A DNA stretch of 32,000 bases from Promethearchaeota archaeon (lineage in GTDB: Archaea > Asgardarchaeota > Lokiarchaeia > Sigyniarchaeales > SOKP01), in contig JAUWGH010000002.1 in assembly GCA_030606485.1 (NCBI GenBank), positions 330,001-362,000 on the forward strand. Direction: 5' to 3'. Position 1 is the first letter of the stretch; every line of letters starts with the position of its first letter. A program made the translations under genes and the position numbers. Positions 17,386 to 25,298 of this stretch are shown here, one piece after another. The notes under the pieces are model-generated. The model was not told the DNA's origin. It did no database searches and saw nothing but the letters and a program-made list of their open reading frames with translations.

Positions 17386-19071
17386 CTATTTAATTTTTCT
17401 GTTTCGGTTCTTTCTTACATACATAATAGAGAGAATAACTACTCCAATCAAGGACCCAATGAACAATGTGGTGATTTGAAAACCAGGAATTTGTAGTCCA
17501 TTTTGAATATTAATCGCTAATGAGGTTTGTTTAACATTATTTGCACTGTCTGTAGCAATGGCTGTAAGATTATGTAATCCATTAATATAACTCGTTGTGT
17601 CTAAACTATAATTTGCTACAGGATATGGAAGATAAGGAGGCATAGATTCTTCTTTTAGCAATCCTCCATCAATCAACAGTTGGATTTTCTCAAGTTGTTG
17701 ATCATCATCTCCTTCCGCTGTAATATTTACAATACCTGTTAAATTCGCATAGGGGCTTGGATTTGTAATTATAACCGTAGGATCAACATTATCTACTGGA
17801 GCAATTCCATCTTCATTAATACCTACTCGAGTGGAAATAATTTGACCACGTCTTCCGTCCACATCTTCAACAAAAAAGGTAAGTATATAGTCAGAATCAA
17901 GTATTGGGGAATTGATCGCTACTCTTCCAGTAAAATTTCCATTCCCATCAGGTGTTAATTCCCATTGATATGAATTTTCATTCTCATCCCAAAGTCCCAT
18001 TGATTCATTATCTCTAGGTTCTGGGGGTGTCCAATCTTCAGATATTACTCTACAAATCACACTAGCAATGTCTGTTGAATTATCAACTCCTATGGAAATT
18101 GGAATATTTATTATTGCGGGATTATATGCCACCCAAAATTTTAATGGAACAAACAGGACTTGTGGAGCCTGAATCAAAATAGGAGGACATCCTTGACATA
18201 AAAAGGTATTTTTTGCATCATTTCCATCTCCTGTACTTGGAAGCTGTCCCCAAGCATTTACTATATGTCCCATACCATCGTGATTATCATCAATACACGG
18301 TTTTTGCACATCTCCGTAGCCTAAAGCGTTAATCTCATTAGTAGCATCCACGAAAGCATCTCCAATGGAATTTCCTGCAAGAATAGATTTAAAAAGACCT
18401 TCTCCAAACATTGAAATATGAGGTGGGATCGGACTCCACCATGCACTATAACCAGGTTCAGTTGATGTCATAACTATTCTATCCGATTTACTTAATTCAT
18501 CTAAGAAAGATCCAGAAGAACATGCTTCATAAACAACAATAATCCGATCACATCCAGAAGCTGCTTCAAAATCATCCAAATATTGATCAAGTTGACTAGC
18601 AGTTAATGAAGAAAAAGGATAATTTGCCATTGCATTGGTTCCACCATGATCATGTATGTACACCATTAAAATTCCATTTGGACCAACTTTATCAGGTGCC
18701 CATGTAGTAAATGCATAATTCATATTACCAGAAGAACTAACCCCATATTCCCGTGAAGTGTATGTGAGAGCAACCATTGGAACTAACATTAATATTTCAT
18801 TATCAGTATTGCCACATGCTAATGCTTGATCATAGACCCATTCGAGTGTCAATAATACTAAATCCCATCCGTGATGATTTGATTTATCTCCCCCGATAAT
18901 GATCCAAGCATCTACACACTCGTATTGAGCAGCACTAGATTTAACCGAAATGTCGGAATTAGTGTTAAATTGATTATAACTCATATTCCCACCAGAATTT
19001 ACCCACCAATACTGAAAATTAGAGAGAATAATATAAGTAAGTAGAATTAGTCCCAGCTTTTTTTTATCCAT
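17386..19071 (-). CDS. Secreted, membrane-anchored peptidase family C13 (legumain/GPI8-like) with an Ig-like domain and a PGF/Loki-CTERM-like sorting tail
   Basis: N-terminal signal-like segment; His-Cys dyad contexts VYIHDHGG and VVYEACSSGSF; DDNHDG; Big-like repeat P.V.ITNP......TG.V.ITA...DD; C-terminal IPGF + TM + basic RKNRNRKIK. Confidence 0.82.
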   Translation of the reverse strand: MDKKKLGLILLTYIILSNFQYWWVNSGGNMSYNQFNTNSDISVKSSAAQYECVDAWIIIGGDKSNHHGWDLVLLTLEWVYDQALACGNTDNEILMLVPMVALTYTSREYGVSSSGNMNYAFTTWAPDKVGPNGILMVYIHDHGGTNAMANYPFSSLTASQLDQYLDDFEAASGCDRIIVVYEACSSGSFLDELSKSDRIVMTSTEPGYSAWWSPIPPHISMFGEGLFKSILAGNSIGDAFVDATNEINALGYGDVQKPCIDDNHDGMGHIVNAWGQLPSTGDGNDAKNTFLCQGCPPILIQAPQVLFVPLKFWVAYNPAIINIPISIGVDNSTDIASVICRVISEDWTPPEPRDNESMGLWDENENSYQWELTPDGNGNFTGRVAINSPILDSDYILTFFVEDVDGRRGQIISTRVGINEDGIAPVDNVDPTVIITNPSPYANLTGIVNITAEGDDDQQLEKIQLLIDGGLLKEESMPPYLPYPVANYSLDTTSYINGLHNLTAIATDSANNVKQTSLAINIQNGLQIPGFQITTLFIGSLIGVVILSIMYVRKNRNRKIK

Positions 19072-19373
19072 TTTTTTTCATTCCTCCAAATTTATTTTTT
19101 ATTATTTTTTTGAAATTTCTCTATTTATTCATATTATGAATATGTTTTTGAAGATAAAGTTAATTCATAATTACAAAATCAACCTTGTTATTTGATGTCT
19201 AGTTATAGACCACTTGATATATATAAATTTATTGATGAATTTCAATTTATAAATTGGAACGTTCAAAATTGTCAAATCTTCTAAATAAAAATATTTTTTA
19301 ATAAAATTTATTAGAATTTCATGTTGATTCATAATTACTTCAAATTCAGAAAGAAAAAAAGTGTATGATACGA

Positions 19374-19541
19374 ATGTCGGAAGAAAATTTCAAAACTGCC
19401 ACTTTTGAAGAAAAAATGAGAATGTTATACAGCAAGATGTCCGAGAAACAACAGAAGAATAGTCGTGAACAAGTAATATATATGTGTAGGGATTATTGCG
19501 GTAAATGTCCAAGTTATGAGGGATCTAATTCGAATCTTTGA
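19374..19541 (+). pseudogene. Truncated remnant of a small Cys-rich (DUF2769-like) protein; not in the ORF track
   Basis: Manual translation: MSEENFKTATFEEKMRMLYSKMSEKQQKNSREQVIYMCRDYCGKCPSYEGSNSNL*. The CxxxCxxCPSY segment resembles the start of DUF2769-type Cys clusters (from memory), but the later Cys residues are missing. Confidence 0.5.
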
Positions 19542-19725
19542 AAATCTTCAAGAAAATATTTTTCTAATGCTTTTTTTATTTCAATGATTGACAATTATAT
19601 AGAAGAATTATTTAATTAAAAAATTCAACATTTTGATATCTGACATTCCATATTTCATTATCAGTAACTAGAATTAATTAATAATAATTAATACAAAAAA
19701 AGATACGCAAAAAATGAAATAAATC

Positions 19726-20778
19726 TTACTGGTTTTTCTCTTTTACTTCTTTAATTACTTCATAAATTCTATGTAATAATTCGAACGCAACAGAGGGTTC
19801 ATCCCATCCATAAAGCCCACAATCTGGACCAATATATTTTAATCGATCTCCGTAATGAGCTATTGCATCAAGCAACATCTTTCGTATCCTATCTTTTGGA
19901 TCTATAAGGGACATAATACCCTCAGGCGTGTTAAGTTTTTCCATAGGAATGCCGGAATCCAGAGATTCAGCGAATATATTATTGAAATTTGTTCGACATA
20001 TTCCGACTCGAATAAATTTATCATAGTCTTCTAAATCTTTCTTGGGGATCACATTTCTCTGATCTGAAGCATATTCACATGTTAAAACATTAATTTTTTT
20101 TGTGTTAAGAGGAATTCGATACGCATTTAAAGTATGCAGGTGAATTAAATTATCAACATCAATTCCATCCAATGATTTGTCAAAAATTTCAATTAATTCA
20201 TCCTCATTTGTATTTACTAAATCTGTATATCCGAAGGAAGGTTCATCAATGGACACTATTTCGGTCTTAAAATACCTATTATCCAGCATTGAATTTTTAA
20301 GAAAACGATTAACTGAAGTTGCATATTTTAATGCAATATCTTTATAAATAGTAAAGCCTCGTTCTCGAATGTATAATTCAACAGGTCCGGTTACGCAGAC
20401 CTTTAATCGTATTGGTTTATTTGTTTGTTCATAAATTTCCTTAGCGAAGTGATTAATTATTTCAACTTCAGGAATTATTGCTTTATCACTACTTATTAGG
20501 AAGGAGTCTTCCTGATAATCATTTAATGGCTTTAAAAATTGAGTGTACATATCAATATGCTGGGGATAATTAATGATTTCAACCCCAGCTTCCATTTTTA
20601 ATTTAAAGGAATTTATAATGGGATTTATAATGAAATTAGTTAAACCTGCATGCCCAAATATATCGTATTTTTTAGTTAAAGCATCATAGGCTTTCCAATA
20701 AAATTGACTAAATTTCTCTTTATCGAGATTCTTTGGTAAAGGGAAACTTCCCACGTCATCATATTGAAATGTATTCAT
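19726..20778 (-). CDS. Core (single-barrel) methionine synthase, MetE C-terminal-like/MesA-type
   Basis: DDVGSFP, YPQH.DM..QF, CVTGP, VSIDEPS.G, IHLH, CEYA and IGPDCGL. Confidence 0.85.
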   Translation of the reverse strand: MNTFQYDDVGSFPLPKNLDKEKFSQFYWKAYDALTKKYDIFGHAGLTNFIINPIINSFKLKMEAGVEIINYPQHIDMYTQFLKPLNDYQEDSFLISSDKAIIPEVEIINHFAKEIYEQTNKPIRLKVCVTGPVELYIRERGFTIYKDIALKYATSVNRFLKNSMLDNRYFKTEIVSIDEPSFGYTDLVNTNEDELIEIFDKSLDGIDVDNLIHLHTLNAYRIPLNTKKINVLTCEYASDQRNVIPKKDLEDYDKFIRVGICRTNFNNIFAESLDSGIPMEKLNTPEGIMSLIDPKDRIRKMLLDAIAHYGDRLKYIGPDCGLYGWDEPSVAFELLHRIYEVIKEVKEKNQ

Positions 20779-20817
20779 TAAGAAAAATAAGAAGTAGTAA
20801 TATAAAAAAAAATAGAT

Positions 20818-23514
20818 TTATCCATAAAGATTTATCTTTTTAACAATAAATCTTATGAATCTACGAGCAAGATGATACATTAAGAGACCCAATAGCCCAA
20901 AGTGATGTTTCAACGCCCCAAGGGTAGAATATATATAGCTTATTGCGCCAAAATAATCTTGTGTTAATGAATACTCGCCTTTTAAAAGATCTGGTTTTAT
21001 TATATCTCCGTTTAGATTCGGAGGACGACCAAATGATTTTACCTTACTCCAGCGCTTATCACTAAAATCGATTTGAGACCATGAATCATTACTAAATTCC
21101 TCTTTTTTATAGCAAACCCATGATTTATCAGAGTAAAATTCTTGTATAGAATTATTATCCAATAAAATTTGACCAAAAATATTAAAAGCTCCTCCAAAAC
21201 CTTGATAATTTATACCCTTTATAGCTATTACATTGTTCCCTTTTTTTAGTAAATAAGTAATATCAAATGTTTTAACTCGTTTTGCGATTGGGACAATATG
21301 GAGCGAAAATCTACTTAAAACTTTCCCGATAATAGTTCCATTTACATATATTTCAATATAATTGCCTGCGATTCCTTGAATAATTGCTTTCTTTATATTT
21401 TGATCAATTTTTATAACCTTTCTAAAATACCTAGGCTTTGGTGGGTTTTCAAATTCTTTTACCCAAATCCACATAGATTCTAAATATGGATCAACAAATT
21501 GTATATTCTGATTGAGTTCTTCTATTTTTTTATTATATGCATTAATGACAAAATCAAAAAGAATGAGAATTTGGTCGAGACAAGGACGTTTTGCAGATCT
21601 AAGCCATAATTCTTCGTATCTATTTTTCAAATAAGTGAATTTATTTTTTATTTCTTCCAATTGTGGGATTATCTTCTCTCTTAACTCATTATTTAAGTCG
21701 TTTGATTTTATTAAATTAGTTATTGATATAGATATTTTAATTTTTTCACTCAAAATCTGAGCCAATTCAGCTCCAAGCTTAATGTACTCAAAATTTTCCT
21801 TGTTAAATTTAACAAAATTCTCAAGTTCTTCATAAATTCTTAGGGATTGAATTGCCATATCTTCCATTAATTCATATTTATCAAAAGGTGGTTTAATTTT
21901 CTCAGAGGTAAATGGATGTTTGAAAAGATACGTAAAAAACAATGGTGGTAATAATATCGAAACCTTTTTATACAATTTTGGCATTGAACTTAGAGTATTA
22001 AACAATTTGAAATAATTTTCAAGATGTTTTTCCTCTAATCCATAAAATAGAAAGCCGTAGGTTTTTACGTTATCTTTATAAATATCAAATTTAGAATTCC
22101 ATGAAACAGCGGCACCTAAGACTCCACCAAAAAGTGTATTATCTCTAAAAGAGTAATAATGTTGATCCCCCCAAATACTATTCAACATACCAATAACGCC
22201 GCGATCTTTGCTATTGACTCCTTGTTTCGTTAAATTGATTATATTTTTACTTGCATGTATATTATCCGGAAAATTTCTGCACCAATTCAACATTGAAGGA
22301 CTTACGATTACTTTAAAACCTGCATCTAATAATTTATCCAAATCTTTATAATAATCCCTTGGAGTATATTCCCAATACATTAATATTATATTTTTATTGA
22401 GATTTTCTAAGATATTTTCATCAGTAATGGGAATATCATGATACATCACAATTTTATCTTTCCCAGCCCCAGTTACCATCTCATAAATTTTATTATAAAA
22501 ATCTATAAGTACCTTCCTCTTTCCCTCCCTTTCTACTAAATCCCTTGACCTTACCGTTCCTAAATCAAAACTCTCATCACATCCGATGTGGAACCATTTG
22601 CTGGAGAATGCCTTACTTAATATTTCTATATAGCTTTTTAAGAAGGGAAATATTTCCGGATTTGAAACATTAACACAGCCACTTCCCGGAAATTCAGCTA
22701 AATTCCAATAATTTTCTATCATAAAAATATTATCTTGATGACCAATACAATTGTAAATAGGAAAGAAGTTTACAAATCTCTCCTTTGCATATTTATCAAT
22801 CTCTTTGATTTCTTCGACTGATAATGCACCCCTATTTTTACCAATATTTGGATAATCAGGATTAATAATCATATCTTGAAGATAACATGGACAAAATGTA
22901 TTCAATTTATAATGGCAATATATTTTTATGAACCGTTTGGCACTTTCAACGGTAAATACTTGCCCTCGAGCAATATCTTCTGTCACGCCTCTCATATCTA
23001 AATCGGGATAATCAATTATTTCAATTTCTGGAAGAATAATGTGTTTTCGATCCTCTTTTTTTTCTGTTAGTTGAATCATATTTTTTAAAAAACCGTTTTT
23101 AAATATTTGAATTAAAGTCTGGACACCATAGAATAACCCCTGATCAGTTTTAGAATAAGTTGCTACCATATTATTCGAAATAATCAACCCATAACTCTCA
23201 TCACCTTTAAGATTTTTCTCATTGATACGATTTTTAAATTGAACACCATTAAATTTTTCAAAAGTGCCAGAATATTCATAATTCAGAGCGCAAAATTGAT
23301 CAAGCGCATCATTTATATCATCTAATATTAATTTAAATTTCTCTGTATTAAAAAAATAAAATTCCGAATCTTCTTTTAATGAATATCCACAATTGTTTTT
23401 ACTATGGATGAGATGCTGAGGTGGTGGAATCAAAATAGGTCTCTCTGAAGATAAATTCTCTAATTTTTCAAGATTTGTAATAATTAAACCCTTTAAATTT
23501 TTCAAGCAATTCAC
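20818..23514 (-). CDS. GH20-like beta-N-acetylhexosaminidase with an N-terminal zincin-like domain and a C-terminal beta-sandwich domain
   Basis: E.Y.L.I.......YSKT.QGLFYGVQTL.Q, I.DYPD...RG...D..RG, IGHQ, FHIGCDES (catalytic DE pair), MYWEY, SIWGD. The C-terminal domain resembles rhamnosidase N-terminal jelly-rolls (P..RYFRK...I, SDKSW). Confidence 0.88.
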   Translation of the reverse strand: MNCLKNLKGLIITNLEKLENLSSERPILIPPPQHLIHSKNNCGYSLKEDSEFYFFNTEKFKLILDDINDALDQFCALNYEYSGTFEKFNGVQFKNRINEKNLKGDESYGLIISNNMVATYSKTDQGLFYGVQTLIQIFKNGFLKNMIQLTEKKEDRKHIILPEIEIIDYPDLDMRGVTEDIARGQVFTVESAKRFIKIYCHYKLNTFCPCYLQDMIINPDYPNIGKNRGALSVEEIKEIDKYAKERFVNFFPIYNCIGHQDNIFMIENYWNLAEFPGSGCVNVSNPEIFPFLKSYIEILSKAFSSKWFHIGCDESFDLGTVRSRDLVEREGKRKVLIDFYNKIYEMVTGAGKDKIVMYHDIPITDENILENLNKNIILMYWEYTPRDYYKDLDKLLDAGFKVIVSPSMLNWCRNFPDNIHASKNIINLTKQGVNSKDRGVIGMLNSIWGDQHYYSFRDNTLFGGVLGAAVSWNSKFDIYKDNVKTYGFLFYGLEEKHLENYFKLFNTLSSMPKLYKKVSILLPPLFFTYLFKHPFTSEKIKPPFDKYELMEDMAIQSLRIYEELENFVKFNKENFEYIKLGAELAQILSEKIKISISITNLIKSNDLNNELREKIIPQLEEIKNKFTYLKNRYEELWLRSAKRPCLDQILILFDFVINAYNKKIEELNQNIQFVDPYLESMWIWVKEFENPPKPRYFRKVIKIDQNIKKAIIQGIAGNYIEIYVNGTIIGKVLSRFSLHIVPIAKRVKTFDITYLLKKGNNVIAIKGINYQGFGGAFNIFGQILLDNNSIQEFYSDKSWVCYKKEEFSNDSWSQIDFSDKRWSKVKSFGRPPNLNGDIIKPDLLKGEYSLTQDYFGAISYIYSTLGALKHHFGLLGLLMYHLARRFIRFIVKKINLYG

Positions 23515-23640
23515 TTCATAATTAAATTCTTTATTTTATTTTTTTCATTTTCATTATATTTAATATTAAACGATTGACTAATTAAAGTATAAAACAATCA
23601 AATGAAATTATTAAAAAACATCAATAAGTGAAAAAATAAG

Positions 23641-24870
23641 ATGTACGACTATAAAAGTTACAAAGATGTGGATTTAAAGGGAAAAAAGGTCTTAATTCGT
23701 GTTGATATTAACTCAAACATTGACACGAGCGGAGAAAAACCAAAAATAAGGGGCGAATCACCAAGAATTAAATTGATAATTCCTACATTAAATGAATTAA
23801 AAGATAGTGCAGTTGTTTTAATCGCTCACCAAGGAAGACCTGGTGGAAAAGATTTCACCTCATTAGATATTCATGCCGAGCAATTAAGGAGTTTTATCCC
23901 GGATAGAACGGTAAAATATGTCGAAGATATTTTTGGAGAAACCGCTATAGATGCAATAAAACAGTTAAAGCCTGGAGAAATCCTAGTATTAGATAATGTT
24001 AGAAAATTCGATTTAGATACTAAAAGCTTTAAGGATTTTAAAGAAGCTCAACAAACCGAATTAATTCAAAAATTGGCACCTTTATTTGATTATTTCATTA
24101 ATGATGCTTTCGGAGCGGCTCATCGCAGCCAACCCAGTATTATTGGATGGCCCACTCTTTTAGCTGGCCCCTTGATCATTAAAGAATTTGAGTATATGGA
24201 AAAAATTATTGAGAGACCAGAAAAACCAGTTGCAATGTTAATTGGAGGTGCTAAAGCAATTGGAAAATATAAAGCAATGAAATACAACTTTGAAAATGAC
24301 AGACTAGATTACGCATTATGCAGTGGTTTAACAGCAATTCTTATAATGGAAGCGATTGGGATGAATATGGGCTCTAAGAATAAAGATATTATCTCTAAGG
24401 ATTTAGAAACAAACAAAGATGACATTATAGCTACCTATAATAAATTTAAAGATAAGATAATACTTCCAAAAGATTTGGTAATTAAGGAGAATGGGGGCAC
24501 GAAAAATGTCTCAACTGAAGAAGCTGGTAAATACAATACAATTACTGGTGATATTGGTCCAGAAACCGTAAAAGAGTTCTCTGATGTAATTATGAAATGC
24601 AAAACCATTATTGCTAATGGTCCTCCTGGAATTTTCGAAGATGAGGTATTTAGAGATGGAACAAAAGCAATGGTTAAAGCAATGGCTGAAGCTTCAGAGC
24701 AAAACAATGCTCTAACTGTGATTGGTGGGGGCGAAATGGGGCTAGCTGCTGAAATGTTTGGTTATGGTGATAAAGTCTCCTTCATTTCTACAGGTGGCGG
24801 AGCAATGTTAGAACTATTATCAGGAAAAGAAGTGCCTTTAGTTAAAGCGTTTAGAGAGAAAAAACCTTAA
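23641..24870 (+). CDS. pgk: Phosphoglycerate kinase
   Basis: DLKGKKVLIRVDIN, AHQGRPG, LDNVR, NDAFGAAHR, GGAK, ANGPPG.FE, GGG, STGGGAMLELL.G. Confidence 0.97.
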   Translation: MYDYKSYKDVDLKGKKVLIRVDINSNIDTSGEKPKIRGESPRIKLIIPTLNELKDSAVVLIAHQGRPGGKDFTSLDIHAEQLRSFIPDRTVKYVEDIFGETAIDAIKQLKPGEILVLDNVRKFDLDTKSFKDFKEAQQTELIQKLAPLFDYFINDAFGAAHRSQPSIIGWPTLLAGPLIIKEFEYMEKIIERPEKPVAMLIGGAKAIGKYKAMKYNFENDRLDYALCSGLTAILIMEAIGMNMGSKNKDIISKDLETNKDDIIATYNKFKDKIILPKDLVIKENGGTKNVSTEEAGKYNTITGDIGPETVKEFSDVIMKCKTIIANGPPGIFEDEVFRDGTKAMVKAMAEASEQNNALTVIGGGEMGLAAEMFGYGDKVSFISTGGGAMLELLSGKEVPLVKAFREKKP

Positions 24871-24894
24871 AAACAATTTTTAAATATTTACTCC

Positions 24895-24909
24895 TTTTTT
24901 TCGTTTTTT
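24895..24909 (+). terminator. Probable archaeal oligo-T terminator of pgk
   Basis: T7-CG-T6 tract 25 nt after the pgk stop. Confidence 0.45.
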
Positions 24910-24916
24910 AATTTAA

Positions 24917-24994
24917 TCCCCAGAAATTAAAGAGGTACGCTCCCATCCGAATACTTCTATAATTTTTAAGTATTCATCATATGTGTCCTGGGAA
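24917..24994 (-). promoter_or_regulatory. Eukaryote-type SECIS-like element in the 3' UTR of the TGA-containing small ORF
   Basis: Minus strand: UUCCCAGGACACAU-AUGA-UGAAUACUU-AAAAAUUAUAG-AAGUAUUCG-GAU-GGGAG...UUCUGGGGA. It has tandem G.A/A.G core pairs (AUGAU/GGAU), a fully paired 9-bp helix II, unpaired adenines at the 5' side of the apical loop and a GC-rich lower helix. Confidence 0.8.
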
Positions 24995-25015
24995 ATATTT
25001 TATATATTAGATTTT

Positions 25016-25165
25016 TTAGCATCATCCTCCACCATTAGGAGGAGGTTGGAATAAAACCGGAGCGAATATTACTAATATAATTACAATTATTATTATTGCC
25101 GCTATAATTGTACCTAAGATAATAAAATTTTTTTGTTTCCGTTTATCTGCAATATTTTGATCCAT
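25016..25165 (-). CDS. Candidate small single-pass membrane selenoprotein (49 aa, C-terminal GGG-U-C); not in the ORF track
   Basis: Manual translation: MDQNIADKRKQKNFIILGTIIAAIIIIVIILVIFAPVLFQPPPNGGG(TGA 25024-25022)C(TAA 25018-25016). There is an alternative in-frame ATG at 25171. A SECIS-like hairpin lies directly downstream. Confidence 0.75.
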
Positions 25166-25204
25166 AACCATACACTTTATTTTTTAGACTTAATTAATCT
25201 AATT

Positions 25205-25240
25205 CAAATTATATATTTCCATTAAATTTTTATAAAATTA
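25205..25240. promoter_or_regulatory. Candidate TATA/BRE elements of the divergent promoter between the small Sec ORF and the multi-Ubl gene
   Basis: Minus strand GGAAATATATAAT lies about 40 nt upstream of the small ORF. A palindromic TTTTATAAAA sits at 25228-25237. Confidence 0.3.
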
Positions 25241-25298
25241 CAATAATAAAATAATTCAATTATTTAAGTTAAATTTAAATCGATGAGAGAATATTAAA

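Noticed and set aside
19195-19284. 29-codon ORF MSSYRPLDIYKF…
   Set aside because: Too short, with no motif or ribosome-binding signal; expected by chance.
19539-19660. Possible Sec read-through of the TGA ending the DUF2769-like remnant
   Set aside because: The read-through peptide (KSSRKYFSNAFF…) lacks the expected Cys residues, and the downstream ATGA has no good helix II with an opposing GA.
24944-24980. Reading the hairpin as just the pgk terminator
   Set aside because: pgk already has an oligo-T tract at 24895-24909, upstream of the hairpin. The AUGA/GA core and loop adenines exist only on the opposite strand, behind the TGA ORF.
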